Shown piece by piece: positions 23,511 to 41,178 of a DNA stretch of 64,000 nt. Below the pieces are notes generated by a model. The model saw only the letters and a program-made list of their open reading frames with translations. It searched no databases and was not told the origin of the DNA. The stretch is from the human T2T-CHM13v2.0 reference genome, Homo sapiens: NCBI RefSeq assembly GCF_009914755.1, contig NC_060939.1; one strand, given 5' to 3'. Numbering within the stretch: position 1 is the first letter of the stretch; each line of letters opens with the position of its first letter. The translations under genes were made by a program, and so were the position numbers.

Positions 23511-25049
23511 TCACTAAATCTATGCTTTACCCAATAAATATATTCCTGAAGAGACTGAATAAAATAAAATCAATACATGATTTTAAGGGAATCTCTGGGT
23601 ATGTTTTGGGTTTTTTGTTTGGGCTTTTTTTTTTTTTAATAGAAGAATCCTTCTGCAAAGAGAATAATTTGCATTTGGTTTGCAGATTTGGATTTTCTGA
23701 ATTATAGTATATTGGGTTTTCTTAATTACGTCTGTGATTTAAACTACTGTGTCTCTAGTGACAGTGTCCTAAATTCCCACAGATGGCATTTACACTGTGT
23801 GAACACGGACTCTGTGGTACCTAGAAAGAAAGTAACAAGCAGCATCTCTTCAGCACCTCCGTACCGGTCACTGCTCGAGCGATCACATACACTATTTCAT
23901 TGACTCTTCACAAAAATTCTGCCACACGGGTTGTGTTGTCCCATGAGGTGCAAGCTGTTACATAAAGAAACTGAGGTGCAAGCTGTTAAATACGGGAAGG
24001 GAGAGAAATGACAATTCCACCTTAGCTTTTTCTGACTCTAAGGCAAGTGCTTCTCCCAACTCAGGAAGCATGAGGTTTTCCTCATCATTGAAAAACTAAG
24101 ATGGAGAAACTTCATCCTTCACCCCTCTATTCCCCAGACCAAACACCTTCAGGAAATCCAAATTGTAGGTTGACATGAAAACATTTGATATTAACCCAGC
24201 TACCCTTTTCCACAGAGGGAGAAGAAGCTGGGTTGGACAGGCAGAGACGACAGTGAGGCTAGCCTCTCCCCAATCAACTGGAAGCCTGGACCGGCCTCTG
24301 CCAGGCAGTGCAGGACCCGAGCCCAGGGTGGGCTGCAGCAGAGTGGTCTAGGTGTCCACATCCCCTACTGAGCCCTGGCACTGCCCTCTGCTCACTGAGG
24401 CTCAGCTTCCTCGTCTGTGGTGGGAACCTGCTGCCACCGCCTGCACAGCAAGGTGGCCAGGAGGGGCAGGGTCCACCCTACCCACAGTGGTGTTGGCAGG
24501 TGAGGGACCCCTCATCATTTTGACTTTCCTAATCCACGGACGCCCTCTCAGGTATGAGCACCATCCCTTCACACACACCTTGTAAACCCGGAAGGACTTT
24601 TTTAAAATGAAAATTTCATTTCCAGCCTCTTACCTGGACACACCATTCCTGGGTTCCCTGATGTGGTAAGGGCCATGGGGAGGCCAGGACTATGCAGGGG
24701 CGGGGTGGGTGTGAGACAGCACAGGAATGCACATGGGGGCTCCCTGCTTCCCCAGAGGCCTTGCTGGTTATGAGGCTGCTCCCCGCATTCCCTCACACCC
24801 TCCCAGACCCTCTCTCAAGGCACGGAGGAGGAGAGCAGCCACTCCTGCCACCACCAGCTGCTCTTGGATACCTGAGGAATGGAAGGAGCCGGAAACCACC
24901 TGGCCTGGACTTGGCTCCCGCCTCTGCTCCTGGCAGGCTTTGGGACACAGCAGATAACTAAGCTCTCCAAAATAGGGCACTGCCACCTCTCACCTCAAAT
25001 GGCTGCAGGGAGATTAGAAGAAGATAATTAGGAGAAGGGTCTACAGATC

Positions 25050-25230
25050 AGTGATTTGCCAACATTGAAATGCCAGTCAGAATCACCCACAGGGTGTAAC
25101 ACACAGGTGCTGAGTCCCCTCATCTCTGATTCAGTGAGTTTGGGGCACGGCCCAAAGAGTTTGCTTTTCCATCACATTCCCTGCTGATGCCCGTGCTGCT
25201 GGCTCACGGGCCACACGTGGAGGGTCACTG
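25050..25230. mobile_element. MER5A-like hAT MITE
   Basis: CAGTG...CACTG termini; tcagaatcacc; tctgattcag. Confidence 0.75.
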
Positions 25231-27051
25231 CCACAGATGACAGTTCATGTCCTGTTCCCACTCTCACTGCCACTTCCCACAGGGCTGGAAGCGGGGCCAG
25301 CTCCCCGCCAGCTCCTGGCCAGCCTTAAGGATAGGAGGTTGTCCCTAATCACAGTCTTCCCACGGCAGGTACGGGGCTGTGATGAGCACCCATGCCCTCC
25401 TCCCCTAACCACATCCTCACCCTGGCAGAGGTGCAAAATGGGTGTTAACCCTGGCAAAATGTAACCTGCTGAATGAATGCCCCAAGGAGTTTCAGAAAAA
25501 TATGAATCTGGCACCTCAACCACAGAGACTATGACTCAGCAGGTGCCAGAGTGGGCCCAGTCACCACTCTTGTTCCTAAGCACCCAGGTAGTTCCGAGGC
25601 AGGCCAGCACTGGAGAAACCCTGCTCTCTTTTTCCAGGTCTGGCCCTTGAGGCGATGGAAGAACAAAGGCCCGTAGCCTCTCAGATTGGCCTCAGCTGAT
25701 GCACAAACCAGCTTCTAAGCCTCCTTAGATTCTTATGGAGTAAAGTAGGGATTTAAATTAGTAAATAACAGCTAAGTTAGATTGATGCTTAGCTTTTAAA
25801 TCTTGAAAAAGAAACCCTCATTAGAATTCTTTTGGTCAATATTTCACTTCCAGGTTTTATTTCCAGATCCTATACTTTTTATATAATCACAGCAAATAGA
25901 CAATTTAATATTCAGCCTTTGCAGTGACCATATTGCAGGCATTTCCCAGTCATTTTGTGTAATTGTTTGATGTCTCAATCCCCCTTTTTCTCTGCTCCTA
26001 GAGCAGTGCTTTTCAGAGGTTTAGGTGAATAAAGACTTCATGCCAATTTCAAATGGTTCCCAAAACTCATATTTTATCTTATTGGGCAATTTTCTACGTT
26101 CCAAGGACTGTCTTAGGCACAAGTCAACGTTCACAAGTCAATTCCTCCAGTAGATACATATGACAGTTATCTTAGAGGTGGAGGTACATGGAAACTTTCT
26201 AGATATTAAATCAGATGAGCTCATGAAACATCAACACAGTTCCTGGCTCATAGTCAGTGCTCCAGGACCCTGTGGGTCAGGCATGGGCCAGGTGCAGAAA
26301 ATCCAACGATGAACAAACAGGGAGTTTGCCCTCAGGAAGCACACAGTCTGCAGGAAGATGAGTCAGGTGCAAAGAAAACAAAGAGCAAGTCATGAGCCTT
26401 ACAGAGAGTAAATGCCATGGGTGAGGCTGAAGGCATACATCTAGATCTTTGAACTGTCTTTCCTCAAAGTTTAGAGAAAATCAGAAAATTTCTCTGCAGG
26501 CCAAATACCTCTGAGTGGGGCTGACAGGACGACTCAAGCTCCTCACAGCTCAGGGGCCCTTGCCGAAACTAGCTGCACAGAGCAGCCATGCAGACTGGAA
26601 TGAATTAAACCCAGACTGTCCTGCCTGGTATGGTTCAGAGGCTTTTTGTATGCCCAATGTAGCCAGCTTGCCATACTGAGCAGAGATTTGCCCAAGAATG
26701 AATTGTAGGTACAAAGTTCTTTCTAGAAAACATATTATTGAAAAACTTTTTTTCTGAATTATATTCTGCTCAGCATAACAGATATTATTAAATATTAGTT
26801 GAAATGAGTGACTGTTCTGTGTCAAAGTATAATGGTCACAGGAGCACCAGCAGGGAAATGACACTGCACTGAGAAATAACAGTTCTCACCCTTTAACATG
26901 TAACTACTAACCTTTTTGGTAATAAAATCATCATAACAATAATATTTAATACAATTTCAGATTTCTTCTGGAATCTCAAAATTCAGTTGTGACTTTTGGC
27001 TTCAGCCTCAACTTTAGCCAAATATACATGTTTAACAATTTGGCCTTTTGC

Positions 27052-29485
<2,434 letters not shown>

Positions 29486-30141
29486 AACAATTTGGCCTTT
29501 TGCAATCTGGCCAACTGTATATTCAGAGCACCTCCATGCTCTTACCAGGGGAATGGGAAACAGGAGACCCTGCCTGGACTGGTTTCTGTTCCCTGACTCC
29601 TCCGCTCTTTCCTGCCTTCCTGCCTACCCCAGCCCCCAAATAAGCAACTGGGCCAAGGATGGACAAGTGTCTCAAACCAGGCTAAAGCCCTTCTGCGTAA
29701 TTTTTCTAAATGGAGCCAGCAGGGAAGAACTTCTTTTTATTTTCTTTTTTGGAAGCTGAGAGGGATTTGACCTCAGAGCTGCTTCTGAAAGCTTTGTTCC
29801 TGGGCATGCAGGAAAAATCAGGCAGGAGAGAAAAAAATGAAAGAGAATTGGTGCCCAGGATCTCAGAGCTGCCCTACCTCCCATAGCTCTTCCTTACTGG
29901 TTCTGTAAGCTAGCCCAAGGTCCTTCCAATAAATCCTCCACTTATATTGGTCTCAGTTGAATTTTTGTTGATTGTCACCAAATGAGCCCTGATGAATGTA
30001 GCTAGTACAGGGCTTAGCACAGAGCCTTGTACATGGTAAGCCTGTGATTGTTGTCAAGCATTTGTGTTCATCTGTGTCCCTAGAGTCAGAGCAGTGCCTC
30101 GCACAGGTAGGTAGTTATAAACGTTGACCAAATCTCCTGAC

Positions 30142-33084
30142 CCAGTCTACATAACAACCAGCTAACAACAGGATGACAGGACCAAATCTGCATATGTCAT
30201 TATTAACGTTGAATGTAAATGGGTTAAACGCCCCACTTAAAAGGCACAGAGTGGGAAGTTGGATAAAGAAGCTAGACCCAACTATATGCTGTCTTCGAGA
30301 AACCCATCTCAAATGCGGGGACACCCCCAGGCTCAAAGTAAAGAGATGGAGAAAGATATATGAAGCAAATGGAAAATAAAGAAGAGCAGAGGTCCCTATT
30401 CTTATTTCAGACAAAACCAACTTTAAACCCACAATGATCACAAAGGACAAAGAAGGGCTTTAAATAATGATAAAGTGTTCAATTCCAAGAAGACTTAACT
30501 GTCCTGAATATATGCGCACCCAACACTGGAGCCCCAGATTCATAGAATAAGTTCTTAGAGACTTAAGAAAAGACTTAGATAACCACACAGCAAAAGTGGT
30601 AGACTTCAACACCCCACTGACAGTGTTGGACAGCTGATTGAGGCAGAATACTATTAATACAAGATATTTTTGACCTAAATTTGACACTTGACTAAATAGA
30701 CTTAATAGACGTCTACAGAATATTCCACCCAACAAAAACCAAGATACACATTCTTTTCATCTGCACATGACACATACTCTAAAATTGACCACACCCTTAA
30801 CCATAAAGCAATTCTCAACAAATTCAAAAAAATCCAAATCATACCAACCACACTCTCGGACTACAGTGCAATAAAAATAGAAATCAATACCAAGATCTCT
30901 CAAAACCAGACAATTAAATGGAAATTAAGCAATCTGCTTCTGAATGACTTTCGTGTAAATAATGAAATTAAGACAGAAATGAATACAGTCTTTGAAACAA
31001 ATGAAAACAAAGATACAACATACCAGAATCTCACAGCTAAAGCAGTACTAAAAGGAATGTTTATAGCACTAAATGCCAACACAAGAAGTTAGAAAGGCCT
31101 CAAATAAACAAGCTAACATTACATCTAGAGGAACTGGAAAAAAGAGAGCAAACCAACTCCAAAGGTAGCAGAAGAAAAGAAATAACCAAAATCAGAGCTG
31201 AACTAAGCAAAATGGAAATGAGAAAAACCATGCAAAACACTGCTCAAAAAAATCAGAGACAACACAAACAAATAGAAAAACATTCCATGCTCTTGGATAG
31301 AAAGAATCAATGTTGTTAAAATGGCCATACTGCCCAAAGCTATTTACAGATTCAATGCTACTCCTGTCAAACTACCAATGACATTTTTCACAGAATTATA
31401 AAATATCATTCTAAAATGTATTTCAAGCCAAAAAAGAGCCCTAATAGCCAAAGCAATTCTAAGAAATAAGAACAAAGCTGGAGGCATCACACTACCTGAC
31501 TTGAAACTGTATTACAGTAACTAAAACAGTATGGTACTGGTACAAAAACAGACACATAGACCGATGGAATAGGTTATAGAACCCAGAATTAAAGCCATAC
31601 ACCTACAACCATCTGGTCTTCAACAAAGCTGACAAAAACAAGCAGTGAGGAAATGACTTCCTATTCAATAAATGCTGCTGGAATAATTGGCTAGCCATAT
31701 GCAGAAGACTGAAACCGGACCCCTACATTTCACCATATACAAAAATCAACACAAGATAGATTAATGAGTTAAATGTAAAACCTAAAACTCTAATGACCCT
31801 AGAAGAAAATCTAGGAAATACCATCCTGGACATGAGCTGAGGCAAAGGCTTCATGATGAAGACTCCAAAAGCAACTATAACAAAAACAAAAATACCAGCC
31901 TGGGCAACATGGCAAAACCCTATCCTACAAAAAATTTAAAAATTAGCCCACCATGGTGGCATGCATCTGTAGTCCCATCTATTCAGGAGGCCGAGGTGGG
32001 AAGACTGCCTGTACCCAGGAGACTGAGGCAGCAGTGAGCCGTGATCATACCACTGCACTCCAGCCGGGTGACAGAGCGAGATCCTGTGTCAAAAAGAAAA
32101 GACAAGTGAGACCTAATTAAACTAAAGAGCTTCTGCACAGCCAAAGAAACTGTTAATAGAGTAAATAGACAACCTACAAATGGGAGAAAATATTAGCAAA
32201 TTTTGCATCCAACAAAAGTGTAATATCCAGAATCTATAAGGAACTCAGACAAATCAACAAGCAAAAAAACAAACAACCCCATTAAAAAAATAGGCAAAGG
32301 ACATGGACACTTCTCAAAAGAAGACATACATGCAGCCAACAAGCACAGAAAAAAAATACTCTATATTACCCATCATTAGAGAAATGCAAATCAAAACCAC
32401 AATGAAATACTAATAATCAAAAAATAACAGATGCCAGCGAGGTTGTAGAGAAAAGGGAACGCTCATACAATGCTGGTGGGAATGTAATTAGTTCAGCCAC
32501 AGTGGAAAGCAGTATGGATTTTTCTCAAATAACTTAAAATAGAACTACCATTCTACCCAGCAATTCATACCTAAAGATATATAAGTCATTCTACCATAAA
32601 GACACAAGTACATGTATGTTCACTGCAGCACTCTTCACAATAGCAAAGACATATAGTCAACCTAGATGTCCATCAGTGGTGGACTAAATAAAGAAAATGT
32701 GGTACATCTACACCATGGAATACTGTGCAGCTATAAAAAAAAAAATGAGATCATGGCCTTTGCAACAGCATGGTTGGAGCTGGCGCCATAATCCTAAGTG
32801 AATTAATGCAAGAACAGAAAATCAAATACCACATGTTCTCCCTTGTAAGTGAGAGCTAAACACTGAGTACACATGGACACAAAGAAGAGAATAAAAGACA
32901 CTGGGGCCTATTTGATGGTAAAGGTGAGAGGAGGGTAAGAATTGAAAAACTACCTACTGGGTATTATACCTACATGGGTGACAGCATTATCTGTACATCA
33001 AATCCCCGTGACATGTAGTTTATCCATGTAACAAACCTGCACGTGTACCCCTCGAACCTAAAATAAAAGTTGGAAGAAAAAAAA
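30142..33084 (+). mobile_element. Older primate L1 (L1PA15/16-like), ORF2 start to 3' end, with an internal deletion of the RT region
   Basis: Endonuclease N-terminus MTGPNLHMSLLTLNVNGLNAPLKR; 3' end gaacctaaaataaaagttgg; degenerate TSD aaatctcctgac / aaatatccttac. Confidence 0.93.
31895..32100 (+). mobile_element. 5'-truncated AluJ nested in the L1
   Basis: accagcctgggcaacatggc...gtgagccgtgatcataccactgcactccagc; the L1 sequence resumes on both sides. Confidence 0.9.
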
Positions 33085-33266
33085 TATCCTTACTAGTGAA
33101 TGTGGAATAGAGCGGGATGGCCTGGAAAGTCACCAGCAGTTCTCACGCCCCATGACATAGCAGTGTTGTAGGCACTGCTGTAGTCTTGGTATGAATTTAG
33201 CTCTCAACTGGGTAACCATGGGCCTTACAAACAGAACCATCATCATACCAGAGACAGCAGTGACTA

Positions 33267-33637
<371 letters not shown>

Positions 33638-35099
33638 GGCTCTCAGGGTGAAGGAAGTGGGGTCAGGACAGGGGAAAAATCATGGAAGACTTTCTGGGAA
33701 GTTTACATATTCGTTTAACAAGTATTTACTGAATACCTGCTATGAAGATAGAAGGGTGGGGGTACTGGAAAGAGTATGGACTCAGAGTCAGGGCACCTGT
33801 CTTCATCACCCGGGCCCTGACACCCTTGTTAGGGATCTGTGAGAAGTCACCTCCCCACTCTGAGTCTCAGTCTTCCCAGCTGTGGAGAAGGTGGATGAGG
33901 TTGGCAGTTTTCACTCTGAATTTCCTTGGAGTTCAGGGTTTTTAAGAGGTTCCTAGGAGCCTCCTGGGCAGGAGTCTATGAAGAGGAGGCTAAAGGTTAG
34001 GCCTGGACCCCCACACCTGCTTCAACAGCACTGCTTTTATCTGCTTTTTGTATTGGGGTTCCATGTATATTCCATTTGGAAAAATGTTCTGCTGCTTTAA
34101 CAATGATTAAGAACAAGGCAATCTCCAGGTCCCCTCCAGCCCTGCCCATCCAGGACTATCTGTGCCAGACCCTGTATTCCATGCTGGGGAAGCACGGCGC
34201 TGGAGACCCTGCCCTCCCAGAGCAGAAGCAGATACAGAAGCAGGAGCGGAAGGAGCTCCCTGAACACATGGATGATGCTCTTCTGTCCCGGGAAGAATCC
34301 CTTCATGCCCACACTCTCCTGGGGAAGGACACGTCCCCCGGGGAAGCCACAGGCTCCCAAGAAGCAGCAGCTGCTGTGGGTCAGCAATCAGGAAACCCAA
34401 CCTCTAGTCCTGGCTCTGTCCCTTCCTCCCTGTGTGAATTTGGGAAGGTTGTTAAACCCCTTTGAGCCTCTGTTCTCTTGAATCATAGGCTCCTTTTGAG
34501 AATGAAATGAGAGGTGGTCATGGGACCTAACAAACAAATGCTACTGCTATTGCAAAAGAAAACTCAAGGCAGAAGAATCAATTTGAAGCTACCTAATTCC
34601 AATCTCCAGCCCTGCGTCCCTGGGCCCAGCCAAGAGACACTGTGTAGTAAAACAGTGGCTGTAGGTGCATCCCAATCTTTGGTTTGAATTGCTTTGTCTA
34701 AGTGTAAGTATCATTTCTTCCTAAATAAGCTCATGTGCCGTGACTGGTAATGTCCCAGGCTGTCTTTCACCATCTTAGCCCTCCAGTAGCTCTGTATTGC
34801 ACGCACTTGGGAGGTGGCCGCAAAATGGTTAAGAGCCGGGCTGCTCAAATCCTGCTCTGCTACCTAACAGTCTTTGTACCTTAGTTCCCTCTTGCAAGAG
34901 AGTAATGGAAATGGTACCTATGTCAGAGTGATATGGAAAATTAGATGCACAAATATGCATAAAAGGTCTAGAATGGTACCCAGCCCAAAGAAAGGGCTCA
35001 GTAGACGTTATTATTCGGCTAGTGGCACACTTTGTCTCCAGCACCTAAAGCGGTACAAATGATGGCTTCAAAAATATTGGTGCAATAAATGAATAACAG

Positions 35100-35290
35100 C
35101 AAATGTTTTTATCTCTGCTGTAAGCGCTTTACACATATTAACTGGTGCAATCTTCATGCAACCCTGTGAGGTACAATTTATTATTCCCATTTTATAGATG
35201 AGGAGACTGAGGCACAGAGAAGTTAATTATCTAAACTAATGTACACAGCTACTAAGTGGCAGAGCCAGGACTTGAGCCCAGGCAGTCTTT
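35100..35290 (-). mobile_element. MIR SINE
   Basis: cccattttatagatgaggagactgaggcacagagaagtt. Confidence 0.8.
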
Positions 35291-35540
35291 ACTCTTTTAT
35301 TCCCCCTAATGTTTATTAATTAGAATATTTACCAGATTATACAGCTAATGTATTCAAGGTAAAAAAAATTTTACAATACAAGAAAGTATCATTTTAAAAT
35401 ATCAATTTAAATTCTACCACCCACAGGTGAGCACTTGGTGAATGTTCTTTCTGTGTGTCCTGTGTGTTTATGTGTAAGTGTAGTATTTGTACATAATAGG
35501 ATCACGACATATATGCACTTTTTTCTTTATCGTGAGCACA

Positions 35541-35954
35541 CTCATGGGTTGAATTTTGTCTCCCCCAAAATTCACATATTGAAGTCCTAACTGCCCCCCG
35601 AAATCACAAAATGTGACTATTTGGAGATAGAATCTTGACAGAGGAAATCAAGGTAAAGTGAAATCTTCAGGGCGGCCCTAATCCAGTATGACTGGTGTCC
35701 TTATAAAAAGGGGAAATGTGGAGACAGACATACAGAGGGAAGATGATATGAAAAGATGTAATGGGAAGACGGCCATCTGCAAGCCAAAGAAAGAGGCAGC
35801 TGGAAACAGATCCTTCCCCGAGAGCCCTCAGAAGGAATCGACTCTGTCAACACCTTGATCTTGGACTTGTAGGCTCCAGAACTGTGAGGCAGTAAGTTTC
35901 TATTGCTAAAACACCCAGTCTGTGATGCTATGGGCAGCCCTAGAAAATTAACAC
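35541..35954 (+). mobile_element. MLT1B-like MaLR solo LTR
   Basis: atgggttgaattttgtctcccccaaaattc...ctaatccagtatgactggtgtccttataa...gcagccctagaaaattaacaca. Confidence 0.88.
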
Positions 35955-36592
35955 AAGTACCTTTTCAGCATTTCTTTTGGTCTCTGCTTACTTCTTGCCC
36001 CTTATCACCAACCTCTATTCCTTTGCCCTACCCCTGGAGTCCATCCTTGGATTAAACTTTCTCCCTCATCCCTTTCCCCAGTAGTGTCCTTACTCTTAAC
36101 CTTTACACAAATGAATTACTTAAGCCACTCCTTCTGCACAAACTTTTTTGGACCCAACTTGGTGAAGGACCCCCGTAATTTAAAAAAAAAAAAAAAAAGT
36201 CCAAATTGTCTCTAATTCCTAGTATGTCTGCTCTGGGTAATGGGGCCAGAAAGTCTTTCAGAAACTCCTACAGAGTGCCCCAGGGGGTCCACATTCTAGC
36301 CCCAGCCTAAGCCTCAAGTTCCTAAGAGAAGATGAAGATTATGGAGAAGCTTGTAAGGAAGTTATTCCCAGCTGTAATAATGAAGGAGGCGGAATGCCCA
36401 TAAACTATTGTTAGCATTCCCAAAAGCCTGACGAACATCCTAGCTTCTATTCTTCATGGAACTGAATTAAGTACTAGACCAGCCAAGCAGCTGTCCAGGT
36501 CGCCAACATATGAAAGCAATAAAACATATTGAACTAAGCAAGAAATACAGGGTGACTTAGCTCCGGCCTCCAACTCCTTATTTGGCTGGTTA

Positions 36593-36981
<389 letters not shown>

Positions 36982-37460
36982 CTAATAAGACTCTGCCTAG
37001 CCTCTTGGTTGCTCAAGTGAGGAACATGTCCTGGATATGCACAGAAGCACCTGCAGCCCTCAGCTTGGCCCATCAACAGGGACCTGGAGGGCCAGTGTCA
37101 GTCAGCTGAACACCAGAAAACCAGGAATGTGCCCATCACAGTGCCATTCCTTGGAATATTGTTATCCAGGTTTTAAATCCTGCCTTCCAGGAAGTTAGCT
37201 CAGAAAATCACAAAAGCCACCAAAAAAGAAAATTAAAACTATGAAAGTCCATTTATAAAAAGAGAGAAGTTTTAAAATTCCACTAACAGACTTTTTATCT
37301 ATTGCCATGGTAATAACTCTGTCCTTGGTGAGTGGATGAGTCTCATGCCATCCATGTACAAATGACAGAAAATGTACAATGAAAGACAGTTTCAAATAAG
37401 TTCAATGTATTATATATCCATTATTTTGAGCATGAAGAAAAGTATAATAAAGAAAAATAG

Positions 37461-37826
<366 letters not shown>

Positions 37827-38181
37827 CTAAAACTGAAAGCCAATGTATCAAAATAAATATTCAACAAAAGCCAAACATCACGATCACAGAAAACCTTCTG
37901 AGATATACAAATAAACCTGTAATTTTATTTTTAAATTTCAATTATTTTTATAATTTTATTATGAAAATCTTATTTTACTTATTAAAATGTTAAACTTTGA
38001 CACGATACAGGAAAACAAATAGCACTGTCCGTTGCTGGATTGCTCCTACAGTTATTATACTGCATATTTACATTACTAAGTAGTTGTTCACTTTTAGCTG
38101 GCACATTTGATGATATCACTAACCTTTTGACTCAAGGCAATGTAATTTTGGAAAATGTTTTTCAGTAACATGTTTTTATGA

Positions 38182-38267
38182 TTTTATGATTTTATGATAG
38201 GAAGAACAAGAGCCCACAAAGAGGTTTTATGATTTTATGATAGGAAGAACAAGAGCCTACGAAGAGG
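38182..38267 (+). repeat. 43-bp tandem duplication
   Basis: ttttatgattttatgataggaagaacaagagcc(c/t)ac(a/g)aagagg twice, with 2 mismatches. Confidence 0.95.
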
Positions 38268-38274
38268 TTCACAT

Positions 38275-39475
38275 TTTAATAACCCAAACCTGTGAGCATA
38301 TTACCTAACATGGTAAAAAGGATTTTCTTTTTGATTTTGCAGTCTTCTTTTTTTATTTATTTATTTTAAGTTCAGGGGTACATGTGTAAGTTTGTTATAT
38401 AGGCAAACTCATGTCACAGGGTTTTTTTGTTCAGATTATTTTATTTTTGTCACCCAGGTACTAAGCCTTGTACCCACTCGTTATTTTTTCTGCTCTTCTC
38501 CCTCTTGCCATCCTCCACTCTCCAGTAGGCCCCAGTGTATGTTGTTCCCCTCTTTTTGTCCATGTGTTCTCATTATTTAGCGCCTACTTGTGAGAACATG
38601 CAGTATTCCTTTTTCTGTTCCTGTGTTAGTTTGCTAAGGATAATAGCCTCCAGCTCCATCCATGTTCCCACAAAAGACATGATCTTGTTCTTTTTTATGG
38701 CTGTGTAGTATTCCATTGTGTATATGTACCACTTTTTCTTTATCCATTCTGTCACTGGTGGGCATTTATGTTGACTCCATGTCTTTGCTATTGTGAATAG
38801 TGCTGCAAGAATATTCACATGCATGTATCTTTATGATAGAATGATTTACATTCCCCTGGGTATACACCCCGTAATCGGATTGCTGGGTCTAATGGTAGTT
38901 CTGTTTATAGCTCTTTGAGGAATCACCACACTGCTTTCCACAATGGTTGAATTAATTTACACTCCCACAAACAATGTATGAGTGTTCCCTTGGCAAAAGG
39001 GATTTTCAAGATGTAATTAAGATCTTGAAATGGGGAGATTATTCTGCATTAACTAAGTGAGCCTAATGTTTATAAGTGAGTGTAAACTTTATAAGGGGAA
39101 GGGAGAGGTATGGAGTCAGAGAAGGAGGTGTGACAAAAGAAGAGGTGAGAGAAAGAGGAAGGGAGAGCAATAGCGAGCGGGGTGCAGGCGGGCAGGTGGT
39201 GGGGGAATTGGTTTGAAGATACTACAGCTGGCTTTAAAGATGGAAGGAGAAGCTGAAAGCCAAGGAATGCAGGCAGCCCGCAGAAGCTGAAAAGGCAAGG
39301 AAATGGATTTTCCTCTAGAGCCTCCTGAAGAAACACAATCCTGCTAATAACTCTGGGCTCAATAAAACCTATTTTTGACTTCTGACCTCCAGAACTGTAA
39401 GATAATAAATGTGTGTTGTTTTAAGCCACTGAATCTGTGGTTACTTTGTTATAGCAGAAATAGGGAATGAATAAA
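38275..39475 (+). mobile_element. MLT1D-like MaLR LTR split by an L1 insertion
   Basis: acctgtgagcatattacc...; resumes at ggcaaaagggattttcaagatgtaattaag...gacttctgacctccagaactgtaagataataaa. Confidence 0.8.
38328..38990 (-). mobile_element. L1PA13-15-like 3' fragment
   Basis: Reverse-complement L1 3' UTR and ORF2 end; TSD tggtaaaaaggattttc / tggcaaaagggattttc. Confidence 0.9.
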
Positions 39476-39719
39476 ATAACTTAGGAAAATCTTTTAAAAT
39501 TTTCTTATCTTCAGCTTATGAAAATGATTAGTGGTCTATAGCAATCATCCTGACAATTTAAAAATTTAGTCTCCAGGATTCAAAACTATAAGGAGTTATC
39601 TTCTTAAAGCATTTTTACAAAAATGTGTTGTTATGAAGTTTGATGATTAAGAAGATCAAAGTGTGTTTAGAGCCCCTCATTTTTCTCTAGCACTTCTTTG
39701 TTTCATATTCTTAATATTC

Positions 39720-40011
39720 TTTTTTTTTTTTTGGGACAGGGTCTCACTCTCACTCAGGCTGGAGTGCAATGGCACGATCTCAGCTCACTGCACCCTGGAC
39801 CTCCTGGGCTCAAGTGATCCTCCCACCTCAGCATTGTGAATAGCTGGGACTACGGGTGTGTGCCACCACGCCCAGCTATTTTTTAATTTTTTTTATAGAT
39901 GGGGTCTCGCTATGTTGCCCAGGCTGGTCTTGAACTCCCAAGCTCAAACGATCTGCCTGCCTTGGTCTCCCAAAGTGCTGGGATTAGAGGTGTGAGCCCC
40001 TGTACCTGGCT
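39720..40011 (-). mobile_element. AluJ-type
   Basis: Full dimer on the minus strand. Confidence 0.92.
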
Positions 40012-40421
40012 AGTATTCTTTATTATTTCTGGATTGAAGATAATTTATCATACATGTTTACATGATTTTAGATATTTTTTCCACCTTGTGAAATTTTGAG
40101 ATTGGTGGCAAAACTGACATTCTGCTTTTAATTAATCTTTAATAAAATGTGAAGAATTTCCAAGTAGAATATATTCTTGAAATATTTTTGCCCTAAAAAA
40201 TTAAATAGCTAAAAATTACAGTTCTTAATGTTTAAATGCTAGTGAATAAAAAATTCTACAAAGATTAGAATTATCATGCAAATTCTTATTAATCTCTTAT
40301 TAAACTTAATATTAAACTCTATAAACTTAGTAAAAAAAGACAATATTCTTTCTCAGCTAATCTAGAGATAATGCATTTTTCCTAATATTTTTATTAACTA
40401 GTTTCCTAATTTAGAAAATTT

Positions 40422-40546
40422 CTTTTTTGTAGAGATGGGGCCTTGCTGTGTTGCCCAGGCTGGTCTTGACCTCCTGGCCTAAAGTGATCCTCCTGCCTCG
40501 GCCTCCCTAAGTGCTGGATTAAAGGTGTGAGCCACTGCTCCTAGCC
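40422..40546 (-). mobile_element. Alu left monomer / FLAM
   Basis: Single ~125-bp monomer. Confidence 0.85.
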
Positions 40547-40713
40547 TCTAATTTTTTAAACTATGTGAATTTAATATTTGTATTTTGCATAATATGAACA
40601 GCATTCACAATCCTCATTACATTTTGCATCATTTGACTCATACAATTACATATATTTCAAGGAGCTGTTTTTCTCCAAAGTATACACCTAGAATCCTTAT
40701 CAGAATTTGAGAG

Positions 40714-41011
40714 GGCCAGGCATGGTGGCTCACGCTTGTAATCCCAGCACTTTGGGAAGCCGAGGTGGGTGGATCACGAGGTCAGGAGATCAAGACCAGC
40801 CTGGCCAACATAGTGAAACCCTATCTCTACTAAAAATACAAAAAAGTAGTCAGGCGTGGTGGCTGGTGCCTGTAATTCCAGCTACTTAGAAGACTGAGGC
40901 AGGAGAATTACTTGAACCCAGGAGGCGGAGTTTGCAGTGAGCCGAGATCACGCCACTGCGCTCCAGCCTGGGTGACAGGGCAAGACTCTGTCTCAAAAAA
41001 AAAAAAAAAAA
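40714..41011 (+). mobile_element. Alu (AluSg/Sc-type)
   Basis: ggatcacgaggtcaggagatcaagacc; poly(A) tail. Confidence 0.95.
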
Positions 41012-41178
41012 ATTAAGAGGAAATATTCAAATAGTAACAATATATCTATATAAAAGCAGAAAATGCAAAAAAGAAAGCAAATATTACTAATAAACAGTAT
41101 ATCTGATTGACATACTTTGTGCATACCACCACCATTATTTCATAGGCTAGCTATGATATGCAACCATGAGAGATACTA

